From the IMG/VR virus record IMGVR_UViG_3300003690_002253: a DNA stretch of 64,000 nt; one strand, written 5' to 3'. Position numbers and translations under genes: made by a program. The notes beneath the pieces are model-generated. The model was not told where the DNA came from and made no database searches. It saw only the letters and a program-made list of their open reading frames with translations. The DNA is from an uncultured virus (IMG/VR IMGVR_UViG_3300003690_002253). Taxonomy: Duplodnaviria > Heunggongvirae > Uroviricota > Caudoviricetes. Shown here in pieces: positions 9,057-19,347 of the stretch (positions are counted from its first letter, which is position 1; the number at the start of each line of letters is the position of its first letter).

Positions 9057-10424
9057 TTAGCGAGTGCGCGAACGAGTAATAAGTTCTTGAATATAATCTC
9101 TAATTCCGGCCATGGCATTACCTCTTTTAGCAGCAGCACGCTTATCGCGAGCTTCTACTTCCAGTCCGGCAGCTTCTTCCTCCGGTGGTGCTCCTCCAAG
9201 AGCGCCAGCAAGAGCCTCAGGCGGAATACCGCCAGCACCCTCTAAGCCGCCACCGCCCTCTAAACCTTCTAAGCCGCCGCCGCCTTCTAAGCCGCCGCCG
9301 CCTTCAGCCGCCATAGCCGCTTCTAGTTCCTCAGGTGAAATACCCAATTCTTCCAGAATTGCGGCCAACTCATCCACATCACCGCCTTCGCCACCGCCCA
9401 TATCTGGGGGAACACCAGCATCGACAGGAGGACCAGCCTCTTCACCCAGCATTTGCTGGATAAGCTCGTCTTCACCGCCGCCGCCAAGTGCTGCCTCTTC
9501 CTCGGGAGGAGCTTCAGCCATGGGAGGAGCTAATGGCATTTCACCTTCAGCTTTTTTTGACAGTTGTTCTTGTACATAAGCCTGCTTCTGAACTTCATCA
9601 GAATAATTGGCAAGAAAAACTGTGACACGATCTGCATCGTCGGACGCGGTTTTAATAACGTCTTCCAGAGTGTCCTGAACGATACCGTCCACCGCACTCT
9701 TGTCCAACTCACCAGTCAGAAGACCGGCCAGCTCATAGCCAGCTTGAGAAGCTAAATCAACAGCCTCTTTGTCTTTGTCTTCTTCATCTTCATCATATTC
9801 ATCATCTTCATCATGCCCGGCTCCCTTGCGGAAGTCATGAACTGCCAGTTCAGCCAAAATAGCGTTGTTCAATTCTGAAGCAACCTTGGCCAACTGATCG
9901 ATGGGCATGTTTTCTAGATCAGCCTCCGCGTACTTCAAACCGTCCAAAGACGAATTGTCGGTACGAGCAGGATGGTCAGTCGAAGAATCTTCTTTCTCTT
10001 CTTTAACAGAAGACGTCTCGACAGAAGGATCATCACCAGTAGGCTCCTTAACGGTACCAATCTGGATTTGGTCCTCTGAGGCAGAACCGGGGCTTTGAAC
10101 TGGATCACCAGCTGCACCGCCCTCAGACTTCCCCTCAGCAGCCGACTTACTACTGCCCGCCAAATTGGGAGCTTCAGCAATTGGCTGATTGTCGACGCTC
10201 GGAGGACCTTCGTCCGCTTTCACGTCTTCATCATTTTCTTTCGAACGGAAGCCTTCGTCAGCATCTTCTGTACTGTCGTCAACGTCCTTCACGGGATGTT
10301 CGGTCGCGCCACCGACGCTGCCCGGCTCAGCATTAGCCTCAGCAGCTGTCTTCTCAGCAGCCCCGACCTCCCGAATAAACCTGTCGATAGTGTTCATCGA
10401 CTCTCTAGCGGATAGGGCGGTCAT
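9057..10424 (-). CDS. Putative prohead scaffold/core protein
   Basis: Very acidic, low complexity, GGGLE repeats, about ten K-x-A motifs; between protease and capsid genes; AAGGAG SD before ATG 10424. Confidence 0.6.
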   Translation of the reverse strand: MTALSARESMNTIDRFIREVGAAEKTAAEANAEPGSVGGATEHPVKDVDDSTEDADEGFRSKENDEDVKADEGPPSVDNQPIAEAPNLAGSSKSAAEGKSEGGAAGDPVQSPGSASEDQIQIGTVKEPTGDDPSVETSSVKEEKEDSSTDHPARTDNSSLDGLKYAEADLENMPIDQLAKVASELNNAILAELAVHDFRKGAGHDEDDEYDEDEEDKDKEAVDLASQAGYELAGLLTGELDKSAVDGIVQDTLEDVIKTASDDADRVTVFLANYSDEVQKQAYVQEQLSKKAEGEMPLAPPMAEAPPEEEAALGGGGEDELIQQMLGEEAGPPVDAGVPPDMGGGEGGDVDELAAILEELGISPEELEAAMAAEGGGGLEGGGGLEGLEGGGGLEGAGGIPPEALAGALGGAPPEEEAAGLEVEARDKRAAAKRGNAMAGIRDYIQELITRSRTR

Positions 10425-10479
10425 AAAGAGCACTCCTTGCAAAAATGGTTGCAGTTCCGTGCAACAAAATTCAGTGTCA

Positions 10480-11964
10480 CTAAGTCAACTGATTTTGCCT
10501 TACACTTAACGTTGCTGTCAACGGAAAATTACCATCAAATGACGCAATTTTCTGAAGAGCCGCAATTTTGTACAACGAGTATTTGATTGCAAGCTCCTCA
10601 GCCTCTTCGTTATTTGATCCAAACTTTTCAATCGTGGAATTTACCACAGGAGCCGGTTCACTACGAATTGCAGATAACATGCTCCGATTCTGAACAGCAG
10701 ACTTTTCCAACGAATGAGAGTCAACACATAGGTTAGCAAACGTACGTTGTTTTATCGATGCCACTTTATCAGAAAGTGGATAAGGATTCGACTCTATTTG
10801 CTGCTCAATATTACCATTATCCAACATTCGATTATAAATACTAGGCAGATATGCGGTTGCTTCCTTTATTAATCCTGATTTTCCGGATAATCGCGCCCAA
10901 TCAGAAAGTGCCAGAATGATCTTATTATTTGCCAACGCCGATAATCCTTCGGCACATTTAGTTGTTCCTAGATCACCCAAAATTTCAAGATCCAAAGGTT
11001 CTGCTTGTATCCCGCGATAAACCTCAGAAGAAGTCGTATTTCTTTGTCGCTCTAGTTTCGCCAAACCGTGGGCCACTTTTACTTGTGCGGAGACAGATTG
11101 ATCCCATTCACCGGGAAGCCCGTCCTGATACATAATAACTCGCAATGGCGCACTTTCCGACTCTGACATTTTTATGTAGTCCTGAAATTCAAAGACCCCA
11201 TTATCTGCGGCAGCTTTCGTCAACCAGTCAGCCTTAGCCCCATAAGCAATACGATCCGCAGGTCGAAATACACGACTAATGTCAAACCATGTGGGAGTAG
11301 GATTATCTACATGCAAATGATGCATGTCATCGCCTATTTTAATCAGGCGTGTGAGATTATCCTTACAACCTCCGGCAGCGCATTTCTCTTGGCCGCAATA
11401 CTCTGAGCGAGTTTTCGCCTTATTGCCACACCAAGAACACGAATCGTAAGGAACCCGACAAGCCATAGAAACAGCGATGTCAGTACCCTTGGCTAACTTC
11501 TCCAACTCCACATCTGCAACAAACCCTTTGTTTCTGTCAGCGGCACTCTTATCAGCATTTAACGCTACCAGAAGCTCTACGCGACGCATGGGTGCGTTGT
11601 ACGACGAAGACTTAATGATGCCAAAACTGGGATCACCCCGATCCGACTTATTTTTGTGGTTCCGAAAAAATTTGGCAAACTTGACAAACGTATCGTGATA
11701 TTCCTTGCAAGTAGCTTCCTTGAAACCATCTCCATTACGATTGGGCCCGTAAGCTTCACTAGCTCCCAGTGCAATCATATGAACTGGGACTTCATCATTT
11801 GCAAACTTTGTGCGGTCAACTTCGTCAATGAACATATGCCCGGCAAGCTTCATAAACTCACGACGATCGTTGCCAATAAGGCCACGGCTGGAAATAGGCA
11901 CAGGAACCATAACAGGGCGATCCCATTCCCATCCAGACGGCGATACGTACTTAATCATTGACAT
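10480..11964 (-). CDS. Prohead maturation protease with Zn-finger
   Basis: NRNGDGF, FRNH (candidate His), VSMAC (candidate Ser) followed by CSWCGN...YC; position upstream of scaffold. Confidence 0.7.
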   Translation of the reverse strand: MSMIKYVSPSGWEWDRPVMVPVPISSRGLIGNDRREFMKLAGHMFIDEVDRTKFANDEVPVHMIALGASEAYGPNRNGDGFKEATCKEYHDTFVKFAKFFRNHKNKSDRGDPSFGIIKSSSYNAPMRRVELLVALNADKSAADRNKGFVADVELEKLAKGTDIAVSMACRVPYDSCSWCGNKAKTRSEYCGQEKCAAGGCKDNLTRLIKIGDDMHHLHVDNPTPTWFDISRVFRPADRIAYGAKADWLTKAAADNGVFEFQDYIKMSESESAPLRVIMYQDGLPGEWDQSVSAQVKVAHGLAKLERQRNTTSSEVYRGIQAEPLDLEILGDLGTTKCAEGLSALANNKIILALSDWARLSGKSGLIKEATAYLPSIYNRMLDNGNIEQQIESNPYPLSDKVASIKQRTFANLCVDSHSLEKSAVQNRSMLSAIRSEPAPVVNSTIEKFGSNNEEAEELAIKYSLYKIAALQKIASFDGNFPLTATLSVRQNQLT

Positions 11965-11969
11965 TGTTG

Positions 11970-13478
11970 TTACTCTGGTTTTGCAAACGCTTCAAGCGTC
12001 TGCTTGTACACGTCCTCATTTTTCTGTGCTCCAGCGTCTTGGTTATAAAACGTATCCAAAGCTACTCCGCCACCGAGGAACGCTAGCCCTGCCAACGGGC
12101 CCTTGACTTTGCCCTTCCAACCTTTGCCGCCCCAGTATCTCGCGGTCAATGGCAGTCTTGGATTAAGAGGAGGATTGACACGAGTTAGTGGATTCATCCC
12201 ACCGAAACCTTTAACAAATGGAAGCTTACCCTGCTGCCATGCCCCAGCTATATGTCCCAACTGGCGGTCCGGGGTTAGAATATTACCAAAAGTAGTTGGA
12301 TCAGCCCCGACGGGTAAATTTTTTATATGCAATCGCTCCGCTTGTTTGACCGCCCGTAGGAAATCCGTAAGAGCTTTTTTACCCGCTTGGGACCCCGGAC
12401 TTGCGTCCGGCGTCTCTAAGAACATCCGGTTTAACAATGTTCGAGAATTCGCATCGCCACCGTGGAAACCTTCTCTAATAGTTGCTAACACTGTTGGATG
12501 GGCAGCGAGGGGTTTCGCTACGTGCGAATTAAATAACGCATTTAGCTGCTCAGCGGGTTGCTTGAGTTTACCCGGCTTTCCACCGTGAGGCTTCTTGTCC
12601 CAAGAAGTATCGCCAAACAAGCCTTCCCCGATCGCATCGATTCGACTATTTGTTATGTCAATACGATGAGCCTTGTCCTTACCATACATATTTCCGAGAA
12701 CACCAGCCGCATAACCACCACCACCGACCATGCCAGCAGGACCTCCAATGGATGACCCCAGTTCTGCGGCTCCCTCTGTATCGTCAGCAAGCCCCACGCC
12801 ACTCGCAATCTGCCCGCCGATCTGACCGCCGAAGCGGCCCCATCCCCGGCCAGCTATCGCCGGACTTGTACCTATCGTGCTGAGAAGTTTACTGTAATTG
12901 AAGGCATCACCTGTTCTTTCTTGGCCCTGTATCCACTCAGTAGCTGCGCCCAGTCCAGATCCCTCCGAGGTCTTCTCGGCCTCGGCAATGAGAGTTTCTA
13001 GCCGCTGTTGAAGAAGAGCGTCTATCTCATCAGGCTCCAGACCTTGTGCCTTAAGATTTTCTCTCCACGCAGCTTGTTCTTTGATAGTTGGACCCGGCAA
13101 ACCAATATTTTTCGGCGAGACCTCGTCACTGAATTGGCCCTGCAATGATCTGCTAGCCAAGGACAACCCCCCAAGCCCAATCCCGCCAGCAAGAGCACCA
13201 GTTAAAGCATCCCGCAGCAAGTTTCTACGTTCTTTTTTGCGGCGTAAACCAGCTAAAAGACCAATACCGCCTCCAATACCAGTCCCCCACAGTGCCGCTT
13301 GAACAGAAGGATCAGCTAACAACGCAGCAAAAGTTCCAGCAGTATCTCCTCCGCCCTCTTCTTCACCCTCAGCCACCTTCTCAAGAGAAGGGACACAAGA
13401 ATAACGTAAGCCCACCCGACGCCTTGCCAGAAAGTCTGCACCTTGTTCAACGGTTATATCAGTTGAGTATTGAGTCAT
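11970..13478 (-). CDS. Putative internal virion protein with glycine-zipper helices
   Basis: EKVAE followed by an acidic run; GTGIGGGIGLLAG and GALAGGIGLGG segments. Confidence 0.6.
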   Translation of the reverse strand: MTQYSTDITVEQGADFLARRRVGLRYSCVPSLEKVAEGEEEGGGDTAGTFAALLADPSVQAALWGTGIGGGIGLLAGLRRKKERRNLLRDALTGALAGGIGLGGLSLASRSLQGQFSDEVSPKNIGLPGPTIKEQAAWRENLKAQGLEPDEIDALLQQRLETLIAEAEKTSEGSGLGAATEWIQGQERTGDAFNYSKLLSTIGTSPAIAGRGWGRFGGQIGGQIASGVGLADDTEGAAELGSSIGGPAGMVGGGGYAAGVLGNMYGKDKAHRIDITNSRIDAIGEGLFGDTSWDKKPHGGKPGKLKQPAEQLNALFNSHVAKPLAAHPTVLATIREGFHGGDANSRTLLNRMFLETPDASPGSQAGKKALTDFLRAVKQAERLHIKNLPVGADPTTFGNILTPDRQLGHIAGAWQQGKLPFVKGFGGMNPLTRVNPPLNPRLPLTARYWGGKGWKGKVKGPLAGLAFLGGGVALDTFYNQDAGAQKNEDVYKQTLEAFAKPE

Positions 13479-14841
13479 GACTCTTCTTTAAAATATCAAT
13501 CCGAGGCTCTTCAGACGACTCTCTCATAACCTTCTCAATATCAGCGATCTCTTTGATTTCAAACGGTTCCGTCTGGCCCGCTAACCGTTTAGCCAACAAT
13601 GGCTGCATGGCCGCTGACTGCTCGGAAACACGCGGAGCCAACTGAGCAAGCTCGTTATAACGAGCCATAACCTCCTCTGGAGCATATTCACTAATGGGAT
13701 TATCAGGATCTCCCATCATCTCAGCCAACATTACTTGCGCTCTAATTGCCCGCAACTCATCATTATGATCAGGAGAATTTAACTTGTTTTCAAGAGAAGT
13801 AACCTCTCTCTCTTTCCACTCGTCACCTCCTGACGATCTACTCAACTTGTCCCCTACCAGAACTGCCGGAAGCAAACGAGCTTCTTTTTCCCCGTCACCG
13901 CCATCAATCAATGAGATTGAGAAAGTAGTGTCTTTCTCCGATTTCGGCTGGCTCGGGGCTGGTACAAAAGGGAGGAGTGCTCCCTTGGCTTCCTCCCGTG
14001 CTTGTTTGGCCATCTCTAAGACGCCAGACGCTTCATTGAGATCAGCAGCCGCTTTAATGGCATTATGTATGAACGTGAAAGGCTCGGCGTCCCGCGAAAG
14101 AGGTTTATCCCAGTATCGCTTGGTATCCGCAGCCCGCTTCTCGTCAGGAAACCTCTCTGCCAAGATATCCATGAGAGCGGTGCCCCGAGTTCCATAGTAA
14201 CTCTGAGCAGCCTTTTCAATTACATCAAAGGGCAGCCGGTCTCTCGCGAATTTTTGGAGGTAATTCGTCAAAAGAGCCAGCCGCATGGTCAATACATCTT
14301 TTGCCGCAGACTCCTTTACACGGGCATCCTCTTGAGCACGCTTGGCATGATCGTAAGAATTCCACACAGCGTGCACCTTCTTGGAGTTTTCATGATCCTG
14401 AATGTAATCAGGAATCTCCTCGTCCTCCGCAGCCTTCTCAAGGCCCAAGTCCATAGTTGCTAACTTTGACAAGTCATCTTCTTTAGCCCATTGAGGAGCT
14501 TTCTGATAATCAGAATGTATCTCATCCCCCAGAGACACATACTTATCATTAGCCTCTTTCTCTGTTCCACCCCATATGTCACGATGTATTTCATCGTAAT
14601 CCGCCAGCGGAAAAGCCGCCAACTTATCAAGCACTGAAGAATTGGCCCGCCACTGGGACACTTGTCGGCCATTATTAAAGGCACTCACTGCGGCCCGCAC
14701 AAAACCCGGAGTCAACGACATATCTTTAGCCATTTTCGTAAGGGCTTCATTTGGCGACATGCCATTCTCGTCCACATAATGGACAGCTTGTTTTACACCT
14801 TCGAGCAATTTATGCTCGTCGCTACTAGTCAAATTAGCCAT
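13459..14841 (-). CDS. Hypothetical helical virion/core protein
   Basis: 460 aa; EKEA, EKAA, EKRAA motifs. Confidence 0.65.
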   Translation of the reverse strand: MANLTSSDEHKLLEGVKQAVHYVDENGMSPNEALTKMAKDMSLTPGFVRAAVSAFNNGRQVSQWRANSSVLDKLAAFPLADYDEIHRDIWGGTEKEANDKYVSLGDEIHSDYQKAPQWAKEDDLSKLATMDLGLEKAAEDEEIPDYIQDHENSKKVHAVWNSYDHAKRAQEDARVKESAAKDVLTMRLALLTNYLQKFARDRLPFDVIEKAAQSYYGTRGTALMDILAERFPDEKRAADTKRYWDKPLSRDAEPFTFIHNAIKAAADLNEASGVLEMAKQAREEAKGALLPFVPAPSQPKSEKDTTFSISLIDGGDGEKEARLLPAVLVGDKLSRSSGGDEWKEREVTSLENKLNSPDHNDELRAIRAQVMLAEMMGDPDNPISEYAPEEVMARYNELAQLAPRVSEQSAAMQPLLAKRLAGQTEPFEIKEIADIEKVMRESSEEPRIDILKKSHDSILN

Positions 14842-15853
14842 TTTTCACCTCCGGCTCATTACGATCTGTGATAGAAATAGTAGGAAGCTCATCTAGATAA
14901 TCTGGAGTTTCCCCGGCTCCCATCAAAATCAGTTCTTCTGCATTAAGTTCAGCCGCTGTATCCTCATAAGCACTTACTGCCGAGTCCGCATAAAGTTGTT
15001 TTGCCTGCTTACCCACAGTCCACGGAAGTTCAGCCAACATTGCCTGAACGTGACTCTCAAACATAGAACGACGTTCATCACCGCTCTCCGATGTCCGCTG
15101 CAACTCGATGATACGAGTATGCGTAGCAAACAACTCCATTACATTGTATCTGTTCACTTCAAAAACACCGGCTGCCTGAGCACTGCGACGTTGTAAAGTC
15201 AATTGCCATTGATCATCCAACCACGCCGGTATGTCCTCTTTTGTATGTGCCGTCATTCCACGTCTAAAACCGCCTATCATAAATTCACACAAGAGAGGCC
15301 CACCAAAGTACGAAAAGAACTTCAATGTCATATCCAGATGAGGTCTTACGATAAGAGGTGTGCCCTGTGGCTGAGGAATATCATCGTCATCCTCATTTGC
15401 GTGAGCTACAAATCGATCCGATGACGGCAACAACACGTGCTTCACGATCCAGTCATGATGCTTAAGAAATGGCCGTATGTTAAAAAATAACCTCTCGTAC
15501 CAAGTAACAGTTTGCGGTAATGTTTTCAGCGCGTCAGCTATTTCTCCAGCAGGTTGTCCCGAAAGAAGACGTGCTTCCAGCATGAAACGTATTTCCGGGT
15601 CTGTATGTAAATTGTCATAAACCATGTACGCATAGTACAAACCCGGATTTTCCAGTAACAACTGCTCTCTGGCGTTTTCTCCCTTTCGCCAGCGAAGCAT
15701 GAATGAACGAGCTTTCTTGATATACTCGTCGTCAAGCTTCGTCGTGCGTCCCGGCGTGGGGACACGACCTACGAGCTTCAATACCCGTTCAAAACGCCAA
15801 TCTGGGCGTAGAAACGGGTTGTAGAGACGTACATCCGTGTAACTCGATTTCAT
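14834..15853 (-). CDS. Hypothetical protein
   Basis: 339 aa ORF overlapping the next gene by 8 nt. Confidence 0.7.
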   Translation of the reverse strand: MKSSYTDVRLYNPFLRPDWRFERVLKLVGRVPTPGRTTKLDDEYIKKARSFMLRWRKGENAREQLLLENPGLYYAYMVYDNLHTDPEIRFMLEARLLSGQPAGEIADALKTLPQTVTWYERLFFNIRPFLKHHDWIVKHVLLPSSDRFVAHANEDDDDIPQPQGTPLIVRPHLDMTLKFFSYFGGPLLCEFMIGGFRRGMTAHTKEDIPAWLDDQWQLTLQRRSAQAAGVFEVNRYNVMELFATHTRIIELQRTSESGDERRSMFESHVQAMLAELPWTVGKQAKQLYADSAVSAYEDTAAELNAEELILMGAGETPDYLDELPTISITDRNEPEVKNG

Positions 15854-15872
15854 TGTTTCTCGACATAATCCA

Positions 15873-16553
15873 TTAAAAGTCGTACTGAACGTCGGAAGTG
15901 TAAGCCACTTCGTATGTAATATCGGACTCTGCCCCAGCAGGCTGTATATCCAGCCACAACGCCGTAGTCAGTCGCCTCGCCGTTATGTCCTGATTATCAG
16001 CATTCTCGTAAGTCCGATCCATGTTGAAATTAGCTGATGCATTCCCGGCAGTTCCAGTTGTAGATGCGTTGACAATATGCATCGACGGATCGTTGCGACT
16101 GTACACCTGCGGGTCTGAATCCTGCCAAACACCGTCAGTAGTAATGACAGACGAATAAGTAATATCCGTCGTTACCTCTGTGGTGCTGTCAATTGACGCA
16201 ATTGTGTGAATAACGTTGTATGCAGCAACGTTTGTACCCTTGACATAAATCTTGTCACCCACCGCAAGTTCATATCCATACGGATATGTCTGAGTTGTCG
16301 TTAACGTCAATTTAGTATCGCCACTGTTGTTGGCAACAGCAGTAACAGCACCACCGTTAACATGAAGATCAATGCCCGTGGGACATGCACCCCTGCGATT
16401 GTAAATAACAAAATCAAAATCAACGTCTGTACCAGAGGTTTGCTTAACAATAACACGTTCCAAAGTACCCCTAGGAGGCACTGGAATCTCGATACAGTTA
16501 GAGACACCACCAGTGACTGTGGCTTCAAGTACTCGTGAATATGTACCGCCCAT
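15873..16553 (-). CDS. Hypothetical beta-rich structural protein
   Basis: 226 aa, T/V/G-rich, GAGG SD. Confidence 0.6.
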   Translation of the reverse strand: MGGTYSRVLEATVTGGVSNCIEIPVPPRGTLERVIVKQTSGTDVDFDFVIYNRRGACPTGIDLHVNGGAVTAVANNSGDTKLTLTTTQTYPYGYELAVGDKIYVKGTNVAAYNVIHTIASIDSTTEVTTDITYSSVITTDGVWQDSDPQVYSRNDPSMHIVNASTTGTAGNASANFNMDRTYENADNQDITARRLTTALWLDIQPAGAESDITYEVAYTSDVQYDF

Positions 16554-16556
16554 AGG

Positions 16557-19178
16557 TTAGTTCCTCGCAGATTCTTCAAGATTCAAGTCTGCATTCTCAG
16601 TGAACGGAGACTCAATAGTTTTCTCTTTAAGGAAGAGGGTCACGTCACCCAAGGCTTCAAACGCATTTCGAAGGCTATCTTCCAACTCCGGCATATCAGC
16701 TTTACCATAACGATCCTCGAACTCTTCCTGATGCCAGTAGAACAGGAATAGAATCCGGCCCAGACTGTTGATAGCTTTCATCAAATCACCAAGGTGTCGG
16801 TCCACCAAGGAGTCCTGACGAACTGACTTCAACAAAGTACCAATCATTGCCGTATCAAAAACTTCCTTCTGACCTTCACCAGCGGCCTGCTGAGCTGTGG
16901 ACATCACGCCTTGGAAATCTTCCGCAGTGTAATTCTGCCACGGGTCCCACACGCTTGGATCAGTACGTCCCGCTTCCATACCCGGAACAACTTGAACTGA
17001 CTCATCGTCATACTGAGTCTGAACCGGCGTACGTCCACCTATCATTTCCATGCCGTATTGCGGACCCATATCAGCATAAGGCGCATTAGGCCCTCCAGCT
17101 AATACGCTGTCATGTGGAGCTGCCGACTTAACCATATGTTTCTTATCGCCAAAGCCGGGAGCGTATATGACCCGGTATACGGAAGCTTCTTTTCTGGCAG
17201 ATTCCTTGATCATTTCACGGGCAGTTTTTTCAGAAAAACCATGCTCCCCGATAAGAGACAGCAACATTCCTTTTCCGCTAAGACGTTTTGTCCCGTCAGC
17301 GGATGTCGCAGAAATTTCATGCCCGTCGTTGTAAAGCTTAAGCCGCGCTGTCTTCTCGTAGAAGAGCGTTTGAATATCTTCAATGTTCCCAAATTGAATT
17401 GGCTCAGGTTTACTATGGTCTCCCTCTCCAGCGCCATCACCACAGCAAGGAATAAGAAAACTTCCTTTATCCTCGTTGTGGGGCTTCTTGAGCGTCAAAA
17501 ATTTAGCCGACCCGGGAACACGCAATTCACCAGAAATAGCGCGAAGACGCGTTCCCGCTTTGCCTTCAGCATTAACACGCAACAAAGCGCCATACGGACT
17601 CGGGGAACCGTCATAAGATCCCCGATAATCCCCGTTCTGAGCCCGTGGCTTCTGTACGATACGTGTTTCGTTGTAATGCGGCTTGTCTTCAAAATCTACC
17701 TTGTAAAGACCATCCCCGTAACTCTCTCTGACTACAAAAGGAGTCGTACTGCTATGTGTGGGAACTACAGCCATGTATGTCCCGCCCACAGAAAGACTAT
17801 CTGAGTCGGAAAGCCCGTCAAACCAGTCGTCCCACTCATCTCGCTCAGCTTCTTGGTCGACAAATACATTACCTGTGTAACTGTTCAGCCATGCTTTACC
17901 ACCATCATCTAATCGAACAGCAGTGGCCATGTCTTGCCCGCCCCTGTTGGACAGCGGATTAACCGCGACAAACATCTTGCTGAACGAACCGGGCTTCTCA
18001 AGCACCCGGTAGAGGTTTGTTTGGTCAGGATTAATTAGACGCATATCCATCTGAGTATTGTAAGCCGTACTGACTTCTTCACCTTTGCGGTGGTCTTTAA
18101 TGAGTACAGTATCTTTCATGAGCTTTTCACGCTCATTGTCGGTAAGCTCTGGTGCACCACGGACAGTCACATGTTCATACACGTACATACGCAGAGCACC
18201 TGACTTAACGGGGTGCTCGGGACGATTGTCTGTCTCGGGAATAAGAGACTTCGTTGTCGCGTAACGAGGAGCTTCTGGAAGTTTATTAGCCGGAAGAATA
18301 CTGTTTTGGATCTTGGCAGCAGCTTCTTTTAACTGGCCACTCCACCGCCCAAAGCAATCACTGCCGTAGAAACGAGTGAATCCGTCAGAAATAGCAGGGA
18401 ACTTCTGAGAGATATCAAAAGCTACTTTCAACATGTCAAAACTGGAAGGCATGATCCTGTTCAAATCCAGACTACCAGCAATCTCCGCCAGCGCCGCCTG
18501 ATAAGGAGCTTCCACAATAACGTCCAGTTCCAGCTTAGTGCTGGCTCCTGCACTCTTGTACAAACTTCTGGCCGATGCAGTTTTGGTCGCGGCATACACT
18601 GGCAGAAATGGGTGAGACCACTGATCAAACCCGCGCTTACCAAATCCCGTCGAGGGAGACTGCGACATCCCATAAATATCCGGCTGAAGACCACCCAGTT
18701 CAAACGTGTCTTTCTCGGACTGCTCACCAAGTACATGGGGCTTGCGAGAAATCAGGTAATTAACCCAATTCTCTTTCATGGGAACAAAGGCATCTTTGTT
18801 CTTGAGATAAAGAAGCTCATGCCCCTTGAGATCACCGTTCAGGAAAAATACAGGGGCATAAAGCCACTGGTCACCCACGCTGAACCCGAAAACACCCATG
18901 GCCTTGGTATTATCTTCATTACGATCAACAAGCTGAAAACCGACAAGATAATCGAGAAGACGAGGGGCTTTATCTTTCAAATAAGCATAAGCCAAGCTGG
19001 AAAAGGCCTGCTCAAATTCAGTCTCTCCGCCTGTGCCCACCTGCGCAGACTTGAAAAGACCATTATTTATTCGGTTACGTAAAATAGCCCTGAGCTGATT
19101 TTGGTTGGCAGACGAACGCCAAAAAGTACCTGCCCCGGAAACTTTTTCGTAATTTACCTGCGACATGGTTCCGTCCAT
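16557..19178 (-). CDS. Large hypothetical virion/core protein
   Basis: 873 aa; FKSA, KTAS, EKTA, VKSAA motifs; no family recognised. Confidence 0.7.
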   Translation of the reverse strand: MDGTMSQVNYEKVSGAGTFWRSSANQNQLRAILRNRINNGLFKSAQVGTGGETEFEQAFSSLAYAYLKDKAPRLLDYLVGFQLVDRNEDNTKAMGVFGFSVGDQWLYAPVFFLNGDLKGHELLYLKNKDAFVPMKENWVNYLISRKPHVLGEQSEKDTFELGGLQPDIYGMSQSPSTGFGKRGFDQWSHPFLPVYAATKTASARSLYKSAGASTKLELDVIVEAPYQAALAEIAGSLDLNRIMPSSFDMLKVAFDISQKFPAISDGFTRFYGSDCFGRWSGQLKEAAAKIQNSILPANKLPEAPRYATTKSLIPETDNRPEHPVKSGALRMYVYEHVTVRGAPELTDNEREKLMKDTVLIKDHRKGEEVSTAYNTQMDMRLINPDQTNLYRVLEKPGSFSKMFVAVNPLSNRGGQDMATAVRLDDGGKAWLNSYTGNVFVDQEAERDEWDDWFDGLSDSDSLSVGGTYMAVVPTHSSTTPFVVRESYGDGLYKVDFEDKPHYNETRIVQKPRAQNGDYRGSYDGSPSPYGALLRVNAEGKAGTRLRAISGELRVPGSAKFLTLKKPHNEDKGSFLIPCCGDGAGEGDHSKPEPIQFGNIEDIQTLFYEKTARLKLYNDGHEISATSADGTKRLSGKGMLLSLIGEHGFSEKTAREMIKESARKEASVYRVIYAPGFGDKKHMVKSAAPHDSVLAGGPNAPYADMGPQYGMEMIGGRTPVQTQYDDESVQVVPGMEAGRTDPSVWDPWQNYTAEDFQGVMSTAQQAAGEGQKEVFDTAMIGTLLKSVRQDSLVDRHLGDLMKAINSLGRILFLFYWHQEEFEDRYGKADMPELEDSLRNAFEALGDVTLFLKEKTIESPFTENADLNLEESARN

Positions 19179-19347
19179 GGAGCAATCCTCATCTCTAGTG
19201 ATTAAATGCCATCTGATTATACCGTGACTGACACCCGGCCAATCCTGAATTGTAACGTTTTTTTGGCGTAGAGGGAATTTGAAGTTTAGCCTTTTAGTGG
19301 GTCAAATCGCAATATCATCTACATTGTCTTCTGGTTTAGTTCCATCG

